The notes: a model not told the origin generated them from the sequence alone. Counted from the whole stretch's first letter, positions 13,976-27,519 are shown. The stretch: DNA of 63,217 nucleotides, filler included, from Octopus bimaculoides (GCF_001194135.2; 6 parts of 5 records of this genome joined end to end with filler, not necessarily neighbours in it); one strand, 5' to 3'. Program-made: numbers and translations.

Positions 13976-14944
13976 GTAATTTCATTTGTCTTTGATCTCT
14001 TACTCGTTCATTGCATTGCAGCCATGCTGGAGCACCGGGTTTAGCTGAAAAAAAAAATCTTAACAGGTTTAGTCAAACAAGTCAATGCTAGCTTCATTTC
14101 TTTTGCTTGAATCAACAAGTTCCATTCCTGTATTTCAGCATCTGATATTTCTTTCACCGTTTTCTTACTAATCTAGTTATGACACAACCAGCTGCTATTC
14201 TAGACATCACTTAAGCTGCTAGAAATAGCAACCAAGTAACTCTCTCTCTCAGTTAACACTCCGAGGAGGACACATGATATAATGTAGTCCTAGATATACT
14301 ATACCTAACAAGAGAAATGTTATGCTCATGGTAGTAGGAATGCTTGATCAGATCTGACCTGGAGGCTGAATAACAACAGCAACAATTTTAATTACCTCTC
14401 CTTAATCTAATTAATCTGTTTTCTTGTTGTACGCCTTTTATGTCTCCCCACTTCCCGCATTTCTTCAATTTCATTCACTCCTCTTCACTGTTTCAGGAAC
14501 TTCTTTTCTGTAGACAACCATCGTACACATATATATACACACATATATACACATATATACACACACATATATACACACACATATACACACACACATTTTA
14601 ATTATCATTTTTACCTCTCTAAGCACATTTCTTATTATTGTTTATATTTCCATCAATTTGTTAGTTGTTTGCAGTCATTTTTTTGTTATCAGCTTCTTTA
14701 GTGTCAGCATCTCAACTTCTCTCATTCATAATGAAAAAAAAACACTTACACAGTTTTATTTTATTTTTTATTAAGATTTCAATTTCATTGTTTCTTTGTC
14801 GAGTTTAAAATCTGTTTCCTTATCGTGTTCATTACTATTGCTACTTTGTGAGAACATGTGGCCCAGTGGATAGGCTGATGATCATGAGGATGTCAGTTCA
14901 ATTCCTAGATCAGACGGTGTGCTGTATTTTGCAAGGTATTTGGT

Positions 14945-15166
14945 GACCTTGTTAGTGATGGTGCCACATAAAAAGCACCCATTCTAGTGCCGCGTAAAAG
15001 GCACCCGGTACACTCTGTAATGTGGTTGGTATTAGGAAAGGCACCCAGCTGTAGAAGCCCTGTCAAAACTGATGACTGGGGGCCTGGTGTGGCTCCCGAG
15101 CTTTCCAGCTCCTGTCAAACTGTCCAACCCATGCCAGCATGGAAAACAGACTTTAAATGATGATGA
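14945..15166 (+). mobile_element. RTE 3' UTR fragment
   Basis: Same 3' terminal sequence and gatgatga tail as the other copies. Confidence 0.7.
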
Positions 15167-15705
15167 GCAAGGCACTTCCTTTCACATTACTCCTGTCTAC
15201 TCAGCTGTAATGAGTATCAGAGCAACAGTCTTCTCTCTCTCTCNNNNNNNNNNCCCCCCCTCTCTCTCTCTCAAATCATTTTTTTGTCAAATGTAATGCT
15301 TATCCATTCACATTGGTTTGAATTCATTTTTTGCATTATTTTGTAGCTTTCAATGATCTGATCGTTTATAATTAGCATAATATTGTAGTATTGACATTCT
15401 GTATTGACAAAGTGTCTTCAAAGTTAATATGTCTAAAATACTACAGGACTTTGTATCCGACCTAATACACACACACACACACACATTGGGCTTCTTTCAG
15501 TTTCCATCTACTAAATCTAACCAAAGGCTTTGGTTGGCCTGAGGCTATAGTGGCAAGCACTTGTCCAAGGTGGTGTGCAGTGGAACTGAACCTAAGGCCA
15601 CATGGTTTTGGATGCAAGCTTCTTACCCACATAGCCACACATAAATTTATGTGAAACTAAATTAATTCTTCACTTATTTTCCTTGTGTCTTGAATTATTT
15701 TGTAG

Positions 15706-15827
15706 GATGTTCCAATTGAGATTTTGCGGAATGTATCTGATCAACTGAGGCAGCTGCAACCTGTTCCGAAATATTTGGATGATTATTCAAAGGAAGAAAT
15801 TGAAAGTTTCCCCAAACTTTTTGATTG
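15706..15827 (+). CDS. MRPL13: MRPL13 internal exon (122 nt, phase 0 to 2): DVPIEILRNVSDQLRQLQPVPKYLDDYSKEEIESFPKLFD(W)
   Basis: ttttgtag acceptor and TG|gtaagt donor. Matches the mitochondrial C-terminal extension PKRLDEYT.EEI..FP.L W. Confidence 0.93.
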
Positions 15828-17579
15828 GTAAGTCAGTAGAATTCTTTCCTTAAATAGACAGACTTCCGTGATATTTGAAATCATCACCACCACCACCACC
15901 ATCATCATCATTTTAACCCCTCCCCCCCACCACTATCATCATCATCATCATCATTATTCAACATCTGCTTTCCATGATGACATTGGATGGTTTGATAGGA
16001 TCTGACAGGCCCAAGGACCTCATTGTACTCCAGTGTCTCCTTTGGCTGGATGCCCTTTCAAATGCCATCCACTTTTATATGGAGGACTTTAATGTGGTTT
16101 TCCTCTACAAATGAGGTTGGAATGGCTCAAAGATTATTTAACTTCTGCCTCCTATTTCTGTCGTCTCATCAGAGAAACACAACTTGGCATCTCCATAGAA
16201 AGAGATTAATAGGACTAATGAAAAAATAAAATAAAATTTTATTTACTTATGTTGTGTTTTCAAAAACTGTGTGAAATGCCACATTTGGCATCAGTGTGTT
16301 CAGTCTGGCTGTCCTTGGTGGAGAAGTGGAATTCTTAGACATTGCAGCTAAACAAACAACAAGGATAACTCCATCATTTTACTGGTCATGAAACTGCATT
16401 ATCATATTTATGTATTTTGTGAAAACAACGTTAGGTTGAGTATAATTTGTGAGGAATGTCTGTCGAAAGTGATGTGCAAACGAAGAAGGTGAAGAATTGT
16501 TTGTCTGTGTCTGGTGTTCTTGAACTTTAAAGGTGAAGAATTATTATTTTTTTTCTTACTTCTAATAATTTTGCAATGGTTTAATCAGGCGGAAGGGACT
16601 GTTTCTCTCATTTGTAGGATGTCTGAGACTGGTGACATTCATGCCATTTATGTCTTGACTGAACAGATGTAAGTCGGTGTCTGTATAAAAAACATTAGAT
16701 GCGAAGGATATTCTCAAAGAGTTCAGACTCTGTATATTCCAGCGTTTAGAATTGGTGTACCATATCTGTGTGTGTCATAAGAGACTAAACCAGTTGGTCT
16801 CAGGGAAAGCATCTGGCTAAGCTTGCTTCATAACAGTGTGGGTGTCAGTTCAGTCCCACGCCATGGCATGTTGGGTAAGTGCCTTCTATTATAATCTTAG
16901 ACCAACCAAAGCCCTGTGAGTGGATTTGGTTGACGGAAACTGAAAGAAGCTGATGGTGTGTGTGTGTGTGTGTGTGTGTGTGTACCCTTACCTAGACATC
17001 ATGTGATGGTTGTAAACAAGTTTTACCGTCATACACGTGAGGTTGTTTGTTTCCAGTCTTCTGTGAAAAACATGTCTTGTCATTGGGAAACATTTCCTTG
17101 CTTGGAAACAAGTGAGGGTTGGTGATGGGAAGAGCATCCAGTTGTAGGAAATCTGCCTCAACAAATTCTGAATGATCCCCAGCATGACTGTAGTCTATTG
17201 GCTGAAGCAAGTGAAAATATTAGGAAAAAGATAATGTGTGTGTGTGTGTGTGTGTGTGTGTGTNNNNNNNNNNNNNNNNNNNNNNNNNNNNNNNNNNNNN
17301 NNNNNNNNNNNNNNNNNNNNNNNNNNNNNNNNNNNNNNNNNNNNNNNNNNNNNNNNNNNNNNNNNNNNNNNNNNNNNNNNNNNNNNNNNNNNNNNNNNNN
17401 NNNNNNNNNNNNNNNNNNNNNNNNNNNNNNNNNNNNNNNNNNNNNNNNNNNNNNNNNNNNNNNNNNNNNNNNNNNNNNNNNNNNNNNNNNNNNNNNNNNN
17501 NNNNNNNNNNNNNNNNNNNNNNNNNNNNNNNNNNNNNNNNNNNNNNNNNNNNNNNNNNNNNNNNNNNNNNNNNNNNNNN

Positions 17580-17616
<37 letters not shown>

Positions 17617-17785
17617 GTATTAGTATGTATATCTGAACGTGTGTGTGTTTGTATGCCTACAGCATATCACATGATACATTTTGTGTGTTATACACAGAAT
17701 CTTAACACGAAATGTATGTTTATATTGTCAAAACTGAAGCAGAATGTTTGTCACAACTAATTATTTTGTTTCTTTACCATTGCAG

Positions 17786-17828
17786 GCCATCGGATTACGC
17801 TTTCGAGGAACCTGATCAAAAAGCTTGA
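17786..17828 (+). CDS. MRPL13: MRPL13 terminal coding exon: (W)PSDYAFEEPDQKA*
   Basis: Strong acceptor (tttctttaccattgcag). Phase 2 completes TGG; P.DY matches the L13 C-terminus; TGA stop at 17826-17828. Confidence 0.85.
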
Positions 17829-17884
17829 GGACCCACAGACACTTCAGCGTCACTTTGTAAAATTCATTTATGTTCATAGTTTTT

Positions 17885-17890
17885 AATAAA
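17885..17890 (+). terminator. Candidate polyadenylation signal of MRPL13
   Basis: AATAAA 57 nt after the stop, a second one about 12 nt further, then a GT/T-rich stretch. The region is AT-rich, so chance occurrence is possible. Confidence 0.45.
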
Positions 17891-18052
17891 ATTAAAAATA
17901 AAACCCCCAAAATACTGTTGGTGTTTATTTTTTGTTTTAATGAAAGTAACCAAGATTTTAAAACTGTGACATCTGTTGTTGCTGAGATAATAAACAAGTT
18001 TTTGCAGGAGTAAACAACTGGCAACAAATGTAAAAGAATTTCCACAAAACAA

Positions 18053-18084
<32 letters not shown>

Positions 18085-18425
18085 TGATGTTCTTGATGTT
18101 GATGTCTACTTGTACTGCCAGATGCCTTTCCTGTCATCAACACTCAGTTGTTTCCGAATGAGTTAGTAATCTCCCAGATTTGGAAAACTAACAGATTGGA
18201 AAGGTTTTGCACGAGGAACTGGAAACGAGTGTGATACTGTTTGATGAGTGTTTTGATTACAAAGGTTGTCCAACACGTCACGAAGCCTGGTTCTCCTTTC
18301 GTGGTGGATTACAAGCCAATGCCACTGGCAGGAATCCATCATTTACTACATATATATGTGAGTAGAATATATATACACACCCACACACATATATATATAT
18401 ATACATACATGGATGAACAGACAGA

Positions 18426-19003
18426 CGGACTAAAGAAGTGCCAGTCACAACTTGTGGAGGGAACATGTGGAAGGTGTAGCCTCAGGAAGTCATAGGATGG
18501 TGAGAAGGGCTTTTCAGATGCCAGGGCCTCACCAAAGTGACAAGTGACTGAGACTGCTGGTGATTTGCGGTGCTGTCGCCATCTCTACATACAGGCATGT
18601 CCCTCTGTCAGTCGAGGGAGTGCTGATATCATGTAAAAGCACTTGTGCCAGTGCCACCTAAAGTGCTCCCGTACCTGTGCCACATAGAAAAGCACTTGTT
18701 CAGGACCATGTAAAACGCTCCCATGCTAGTGCCACATATAAAGTAGACGTGCTGGTGCCACCTGTGCTGGTGTTACATATAGAGCACCCGTGCCAGTGCC
18801 ACATGTACAGCACCCATTCTGGTGCCATGTAAAAACACCCAGTCCACCCTCTGTAAAGTGGTTGGTGTTAGGAAAGGCATCCAGCCGTAGAAACCATTCC
18901 AAAATGGACAATTGGAGCCTGGACAGCCCTCTGACTTGCCAGCTCCAGTCAAATTGTCCAACCCATGCCAGCATGGAAAACGGACGTTAAATGATGATGA
19001 TGC
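18426..19003 (+). mobile_element. RTE 3' fragment (decayed GRGRPRK region plus 3' UTR)
   Basis: Similar to 4250-4940; ends in gttaaatgatgatgatg. Confidence 0.7.
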
Positions 19004-19412
19004 GTCTGTACAGTTATATTTGGTGACGTATGTGACGTATTGGTGTGCACTGAACATGGAAAGACTTTTATTGTGGAAATTGTCTCGAGAACAATCCTGC
19101 TTTCCTTCAGGAAGGGTCTTTCCACCCACAGGAAGGGTCTTCCCAATGAGTTCAATATGATGCTCCCCCCTGTTTCAATCAATGCTGCTTAGTATGCTTC
19201 TAGTTTATATATTTTTTCTTTCTTTCTTTTTTCAGTCATTTGACTGCAGCCATGCTGGAGCACCACCTTTATTCGAAACAAATCGACCTCAGGACTTATT
19301 CTATCAGTCTCTTTTTGCCAAACTGCTAAGTTTCGGGGGCATAAACACACCAACATCGGTTGTCAAGCAATGGTGGGGGAACAAACATAGACACACACAC
19401 ACACACACACAC

Positions 19413-19795
19413 AGTGCCAGTGGAATGTTACAGACACCATCTGAGCGTGATTGTTGCCAAGGCTGCTGACTGGCTCACATGTTGGTGGCATGTAAAAAGC
19501 ACCATTCGAGCGTGATCGTTGCCAGCGTTGCCTTACTGGCACATGTGTCGGTGGCATGAGAAAAACAACATTTGAGTGAGGTTGTTGCCAGTGCTGCTGG
19601 ACTGGCTCCCGTGCAGGTGGCACGTAAAAGCACCCACTACACTCTCAGAGTGGTTGGCGTTAGGAAGGGCATCCTGCTGTAGAAACTTTGCCAGATCAGA
19701 CTGGAGCCTGGTGTAGCCTTCTGACTTTCCAGCCCTCAGTCAAACCGTCCAACCCATGCCAGCATGGAAAGCAGACGTTAAAAGATGATGATGAT
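19413..19795 (+). mobile_element. RTE 3' UTR fragment with ~52-bp internal sub-repeats
   Basis: Shared 3' end and (GAT)n tail; three diverged sub-repeats at 19430-19620. Confidence 0.65.
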
Positions 19796-20430
19796 ATATA
19801 TATACGACAGGCTTCTGTCAGTTTCCGTCTACCAAATCCACTTACAAGGCTTTGGTTGGCTCGAGGCTCTAGTAGAAGACACTTGTCCAAGATGCCATGC
19901 CATGCATCTGAACCCAGAACCACGTGGTTGGGAAGCAAGCTTCTTACCACACAGCCATGCCTGTGCCTGTATATATATTTCCTGAGTTTGTTTCAAAGAA
20001 TTTTGCATAAAATTCCAGGGTATATATTAGAAAGACACAGTGAAAAATATTGAATTACATTTCTTTAATTAATAGTTTACAGTATATAGGATACCAGGAC
20101 ATGTTTCTATCATGCAAGCGTTTTAGGGCCCCCCTCTGCAATGGTTCTGTACAAATCCCTATTAAATCAATCATAGTACTGCTTAGATACAAACGGACAT
20201 GCAAGCATGACTTTTTCCAAGATGTTTCCCTGAAAGAAATTCAAGAGAATTATGTGTAGTGGCAGTAGATATTCTACAACTGCTACTACTACTATATTTA
20301 GTATAATCAATTTAATATGAAGTGATTAGTTGCACAGAACCATCTCCTCTGGCCAACCTAAAACATTTGCATAGCAGAAACATGTGTTGTAAACCAGTAA
20401 TTAAAAATGTATACTTCTCCATTCTTCATT

Positions 20431-20486
<56 letters not shown>

Positions 20487-21136
20487 CTGTGTGTGTGTGT
20501 GTCTCTGTGTCTGTGTTTGTTCCCCACCACTGCTTGACATCCAGTGTTGATGTGTTTACATCCCTGTAACTTAGCAGTTTGGCAAAAGAGATCAATAGAA
20601 TAAGTACTAGGCTTACAAAATGTTCTGGGGTTCATTTGTTTGGTTAAAACCCTTCAAGGTGGTGCCCCAGCATGACTGCAGTCAAATCGCTGGAACAAGT
20701 GAAAGGCAGAAGACACCCGCCATGCCCTCATCTCTCCAAACTAAATAAAATACATGTTACAGAATACATTGAATATATTTCAACAATTAGTCACAGGTTT
20801 CCAAATCTATTTCAATCAAAGTTGATGTCATCAGAAAAAAAACAGTTGAGAATCTGTTTGTTGTATGTTTTAATGTCAGGGTTAGGGTTTGTTGTGGTTA
20901 GCTTTGCTATTTGTTTTTGCTGGCTTCAATAAAACAACGAGCAGCACTTCATTAGGGTTACTTCAGTGGAAACGAGTTTTCCCTCATGTAAATAGAGACG
21001 CTTAATTTGGGGCGACAAGAACAATTGTGGAAGAAAAGGAACAGAATCAAATACGTGTGTCTGTCTGTACACACACACACACATGTATATAGATGTTTTT
21101 AGAGGTATATATGTGTATAGATAAATGTATATAGAT

Positions 21137-21194
<58 letters not shown>

Positions 21195-22919
21195 ATGTAT
21201 ATAGACATGTATATGTATATAGACTTATATGTATATGGATATATATATGTATATAGACATATATATATTATATATATATATATGTATATGTATGTATATA
21301 TATATATATATATGTATGCATATATATATATATGCATGTATATATGTGTGTGTGTGTGTGTGTGTTCATTTATATTATAAGAATTTGGAAACTTCAAGAG
21401 ATATGAAGTAAATACATTTTTAACAGTGGCTAAAGCTATGAATAACAATGTAGAATATTCGGTTAAAAAGAAAACAAACTTTTGGATGGAATAAAGTCGA
21501 AGACTACCAGTGGGACTTGAACTCACATCTGTAAACATTTTATATGTGTGTGTGTGTGTGTGTGTGTGTTCAAAAGTGTGTGTGTCTATGTATAAGAGTG
21601 TATTTAGGTATTACGTGCTGTCTGCTTCCAGTCCAAAATACTGGCTCTGTGAATATTCTAAAGAGACCAATATTAACATAGAACTAAAGATAATTTGGTA
21701 TTCTGAAAACATTAAATAGTTCCATTTCAGTAATTAATGAGAAATGAACAAAATTCTCGTCAATGCCAATATTATTCTAATTAATTGTAATTACATCCAC
21801 ATGTAATCACGTCAGTCTTTGGTGAGATAAAGAATTTTGTTGATTTTGTTTTCCAAATGTTAGATGAATAGTTGTTGTTATAGATTAATCCCAGGTCAAC
21901 ATTGACAGAGTAGAGCTATGATAAAAAGCAATCCAGTTACGACCATCCCATCTTATTCTCAGGCTCACTGCACCACTGATCTTATTTATGCAAAATGTCT
22001 TTTTTTTGTATTCAAAGACGTTAAGGTGTGATTTGGAAGATATATGACTTCTATTTTAACAGCCTTGCTGGATTGCTTGGGGAGGCATGCTCTCCAAATG
22101 GTTTTGTATTGAATTACTTGCTCATGGCTCATAATTTCGAGTCTGCTTCTGGCATTTCTTTGTATTTCTGGTTAGAATGCGTTGATTCATGTCACCCAAC
22201 TGTTTGGAATGGTTACTAAAATATCTGTCAGTCTTCACCCTTCAAACTCACGTACTGCTCACTGTTTGTATGTATACTTATTTCGTCTAGACCAGTGTTT
22301 TGTAACCATTTTTTTTACCCATGGACCCTTTTGCTCCCTATTTTACTCAAGTAGACCCCACTAACCATTCCATGTCCCAAAAAAATCTTTCTGCCAGCTC
22401 ACCGCCTTTAATGGATCCTTTCTCATCAGAAGCACTATTCCTCCGTCTTGATGGCCTACAGCAAATATTCCGCTTAATACCACAGATTTGCTTGTTAGTT
22501 GTTTGACATTAACCAGTTGAGCATGTCCTTTAGTGGCTGACGATATGTGCATCTCTGATCATGAGCAGAAGTAGTGGAGGAGCATCATAACCATGTGTTG
22601 AGAAGAATTCTTTGGGGTTTGGATAATTCATCTCTGGAAACATGGCTGTTTCGTCCAGCATCCCTTAAACAACCCTTATTCAAGGACCTTTTGAGCGGGA
22701 TGGACTACTCGACCAAAAGAAAATTCTAACTGGGCCCCACCTGCAAAGTCATGTGCTGTTTATCTTGATATGCAATCACCACATATGGTTGTGATGCATG
22801 TGCCTGGTATACCCTTATCAGACAGGTAGTCATGATGGGCATACTGGCTTTTGTATATTTTACCCCAGTGTCACTTTGATGGTATGCACTGCTCTCACAC
22901 TCAATAATAATAATAACTG

Positions 22920-23340
22920 TCTGCAAGAAGTCTGAATTGGAATGTTCCACCAAGTGGTATGAGCACTAGCCTCAGCCAATAGCAGAGAATGGTCAAGTGA
23001 ATCTCACATAGAATATACCAATATACTCAGACCAGAAGCTGCAAGATAACCAATCAGATATCACTCTCCTACTGAAGGAGTCCAAAGGATGGCCTTCCAT
23101 CGATGCAGTTATACTTGCAGACCAGAATATTATGAAGACAGAGGACAAGAAAGTCAGGAAGTACCAAGATGTGATATTGGAAGGGAAATGCATCCATAGA
23201 GCCCCAAAAGTGAGCGTGGTACCCTTTGCACTTGATACACTTGGGACCATCTCAAAGAAAGCGGTATTCTGGCATCAAAAGCTGCAAATACTACATTTCA
23301 TCGGACGTATTCAGTTGGCAGCAATACTTTGAAGAGCTCA
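22920..23340 (+). mobile_element. Decayed R4/Dong-like (restriction-like endonuclease) non-LTR retrotransposon 3' fragment
   Basis: CK...KWYEH*P...EN..., ID...DQNIMKTEDKKVRKYQD...V.PFALDTLGTISK matches the REL domain; in-frame stops present. Confidence 0.7.
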
Positions 23341-23768
23341 TGGAATTTGTATTATGAAGAAATGACAAAATGATTTCACAAGATCAGGCGGATGCACCTG
23401 AAGACAAGGAGTGGGGTGAAATGATGTGACAGTTTTAATGCTGCATAACACAAATTCCATGCATTTTAAAAAAATGTGCGTAACTGCTTCTCCTCTTCCT
23501 TTCACTCACTCGTTTAATTAGTGCAGAGTAGACAACATAAGTTGCTTTTGCACTGGAGTTGCAAGTCACTTGTCATCTTAACAAGATTACTTTATGATTT
23601 TGATATGGGATAAAGTGTATTTGATGCAAGGATAAATAAAGTTTATCGAATTATGTTTCCTTCCTGCATGTGCTAGAGGCTAACCAACTGTTCTGTCGTG
23701 ATTAGTTGTATCACTATATTATATTCTATTCTATGTATGTAATGTATATATGTGTGTATTCATGCATG

Positions 23769-23799
<31 letters not shown>

Positions 23800-23822
23800 G
23801 ACAATTTAGAAGACAATATATC

Positions 23823-24749
23823 TTAAGTCATCCCATAAATAATGCGTTTTTTTAAATGTTTCTTTTATTTTTCAAAATTAAGATAAACAAAGTTCTTTTT
23901 GAATCTTAAATATACTCTCCTTCATTTTCTAAAATGCTCTTCCATCTGTCTGGTAGACTTGCAAGGCCCCACTTCCAAAATTCACTTGTCCGTGACGTAA
24001 AATACTCCTCCAGTGCTGTTCTGACCTCGTCTACAGAATTCATATTTTTTCCCCGTCCAAATGATTTGAAGACTGCGGAATAAATGATAATCAGATGGGG
24101 CAATGTCAGGCGAATATGGTGGGTGGGGCATCGTTTCTCATTCAAACTGCTCCAGCCTTTAGAATGTCAACCTTGCTGTATGTTGTCGAGCATTATCCTG
24201 ATGGAAGAACACTCTTCGTCTTGAAACCAAAGATGGTCGTTTTTCTTCTAGCACTGACTTGAATGACTGGTCGAATGACCAAATCCAAGCTTCCCTGCTA
24301 GTTCCTCCACAGTTACGATGGGATTTTGTTCCACCAGGGCTTGCAGATCACCCTCGTTGAGCTCTACAGATCTTCCAAGACAAGGCTCGTCTTCTAGGCT
24401 CGGAGTTTCCGGCTCGGAATTTCTGGAATCCCCGTTGACACTGTCTTACGCTTATTGTCCGATCCCCAAATACTGCATTAATATTCCTCGTACTTTCCGT
24501 TGCGTTTTTACCTTTATTGGATTCATAAAGCAGAATATGCCGAATATGCTCCTTTGTCACTTCCCTTATAGCTTTGGAAAAAATAACTTTAAAGTCGAAC
24601 TGCACTCTTCAATACTTGCACTAAAAATAAGCACAAGGTAAAATTACTATCTGCTTTTATAGCAAGTTGATGCTGGTAGTTTATCTCGTCCACCACCAAC
24701 TTTTAGTTCATGCAATTGTAAAAAACGTATTATTTATGGGATGACCCAA
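23823..24749 (-). mobile_element. Internally deleted mariner transposon with both TIRs
   Basis: TIR core gtcatcccataaataat(g/a)cgttttt at both ends. N-terminal HTH EHIRHILLYE..KG.NATE; HQDNA motif; C-terminal LP.RW..I.ENEGEYI. The central region is missing and the remainder is frameshifted. Confidence 0.88.
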
Positions 24750-24971
24750 AATATATAATAATGAATGAATGAAACAAAGTAGTATTCAAGACACTCGGTA
24801 GAAGTTACGGGTAGTTTTAATAATACTTTGACTCAGCTCCACGTGACTTTAAGTTTCATGGGTGAGCAGAACACCTCAGATGCTAAGGGTAGAGCCTGAC
24901 AAAATGGATGCCTCCTACGTGACCCTGTAACTTTGTGAAAGGTGCAGCTAGACACACACCCACACAACACA

Positions 24972-25022
<51 letters not shown>

Positions 25023-25681
25023 ATGTATATATATATATANNNNNNNNNNNNNNNNNNNNNNNNNNNNNNNNNNNNNNNNNNNNTTAATTAATTAANNNNN
25101 NNNNNNNNNNNNNNNNNNNNNNNNNNNNNNNNNNNNNNNATATATATATATATATATATATATATATACGACGGGTTTCTTTTCAGATCTACTCACAAGG
25201 CTTTGGTCGGCCCGAGTAGAAGGCACTTGCCCAAGATACCACGCAATGGGACTGAACTCGGAACCATGTGGTTGGGAAGCAAGCTTCTTACCACATGGCC
25301 ACGCTTGCGCCGGAGTGTACTTTTCAAGAATATTCGGAATTCTTTATGTTGCAGTCGCTCTCCTAGATGTTCGACCACCTACCTACCTACGTGTCTGAGA
25401 GGTAAATCAACAACAACAACAACTACGACAACAAAATTACATATAAGTGTATCACTGAAGAAATGCATGCATATCTATGTATTAAAAGTGTCGACCGAAA
25501 CAATAGTCTAAACTTCGCATTTTCTGTTTTAACTTCTAGAATGTACCATATAAAATGTTTCTTTGAAATAAACGTTAACACATTATATACAGAATCAAAT
25601 TTTATTTAATCTAAATACGCTCTATTAGTTTAATTGGCTTTTGCTAATGCTGTGTTCAATTAAAAAGAAAATGAGGAAGAT

Positions 25682-25905
25682 CCTTCCTGAGTCATATAGT
25701 GCTGATTTCCCGGCGTACATATTCCTCACCGGACGGGACACCGGTCCGTCGCAGGATTACTCATTTTGTCGAGCTGAGTGGACTGGAGCAACGTGAAATG
25801 AAGTGTTTTGCTGAAAAACACAACGCGTCGCCGGTCTGGGAATCAAAACCAGAATCTTCCGATCATGAGTCCAACACTCTAACCACTAAACCCCGCGCCT
25901 CCACT
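25682..25905 (-). mobile_element. SINE family D with Meta/V-like central domain (second partial copy at ~57590-57765, +)
   Basis: tRNA-like head. The central segment cctgcgacggaccggtgtcccgtcc resembles the conserved CCTGCGATGGACT..C.TCCC.TCCAGG domain of metazoan SINE superfamilies (family assignment from memory). Confidence 0.55.
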
Positions 25906-27446
25906 CTGTCCAATTACATGTTCTATTTTAGAAAACCCTTCTTGGTGTGAAGCTATGAACTCCTCACATGTTTCAACTATTCTTGGTTTGAGAATGTTTT
26001 ATTGTGTACAAACAGTCTCAAGTACTCGAAAAAGTGGCATTTCTGTGGGGGATACGATAGGTAAGTTGGGTGTGGCAAAATCTCAGTTAATTACTGATCA
26101 GTGATTTGAGAAGAGTAAAACTAAGCATCGTCGTGTAACAGAATTTGTGAATTAATCCAGTTTTTCATGTATATGGTTGATTTTCCCAGCAGTTTGAATC
26201 TGCAGTAACCAATCCCTCCTGCTACAAAAATGAAGAGAGATCTATGATTTTACGAAACCCCCATACACAAGTCATAACTTCTTTTGAGTGCAGCGGTTGC
26301 TTTAAAAATGTTTTGGAGACCAGTCTACATCCAACCATCGCTCAATTTCCTTATTATTGTAGAACAATATCCATTTCTATTCACAAGAAGCGACACAAGT
26401 GCGAAACAAGAAAATTCAGTTTTGCAGTTGACAAACACTGCAAATTCCTGGTGTTCAGTCATTTTGTCCAACTTGTTCACTACTCTGATGGCACATACAT
26501 GGTAAGAAACAAAGGAGACACTGCCAAGTTTACCACAACATATTGTGTGTACACACAAACGCGCGCGTACGTGTTCACATATACACATAGACACATACTC
26601 ACACATAGATGTTTATTGTAAAGCTCATGTTGATTGCAACTTAAAGATTCGTCTATTGAGTTGTACAACAAGCACTCGGTGAAACTTGATTTCTTGGTTA
26701 ACACGAATTTCAAAATAATTTGACTGTACAGACAATATTAAGTCACCCTTTTTGTAAGTGTTCTGTTATTATTTTAATACCAGCTTTAAAATAACAACCT
26801 GAGTTTCATATTTATATTTATGTTCATATATATATACACACACTCGCGTATACATATAAAATATAATAGTACCTTTATAAAAGCAAACTTGAAATAGAAA
26901 ACAAAATGAACACAAAAGTCAACAAGGAAGACTTGATAAAAAATGTTATTGGGAAACTTAGGAATTGAAAGGCTGCAAAACTTGTGCAACTGCAAAAACG
27001 AACAAAGCACAAAAGGTTTCAAATTTTGCATTTCGCAACAACAAACATGCGACTATATGTGGGTGTATACATTGAAATATACGCAGCTATCTTTGTGCAA
27101 TTGGAGTGAAAGCTGATCTACTAAATGGTGTTAATAGTTGTGATGTTGTGAGTGTTTATCTACATTTAATGAATTTAATTTCGTATCTTTTATACTTTCT
27201 TTGCAATATAACGTGCTGTCATTGATCTACATCTCATAACATCACAGAATCTGGTTTATCACTCTTTCTCCTTTACCATTAAACTAAACTGCCCAGCAAC
27301 GAATTCTTCTGCAATTTTAGAACTTATAAATTTAGCTTCATAAGACGCTAACGTTAAATTCAACTTTACGATGAAAGTAAACAAACGTTAGCGTCTTATG
27401 AAGCTAAATTTATAAGTTCTAAAATTGCAGAAGAATTCGTTTGCTG

Positions 27447-27519
27447 GGCAGTTTAGTTTAATGGTAAAACACTTGACGCGTAATCACAGAGACGTGAGTT
27501 CGAGTCTCATGGCTGGCCA
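27447..27519 (+). pseudogene. tRNA-like sequence, anticodon CGT (Thr); pseudogene or SINE head
   Basis: D stem GTTT/AAAC and T arm GTGAG-TTCGAGT-CTCAT are intact. The acceptor and anticodon stems are imperfect, and position 33 is G instead of U. Confidence 0.55.

Noticed and set aside
22321-22506. ORF with N-glycosylation sequons resembling a GPCR N-terminus
   Set aside because: No donor site, and it overlaps the antisense head of a family B SINE.
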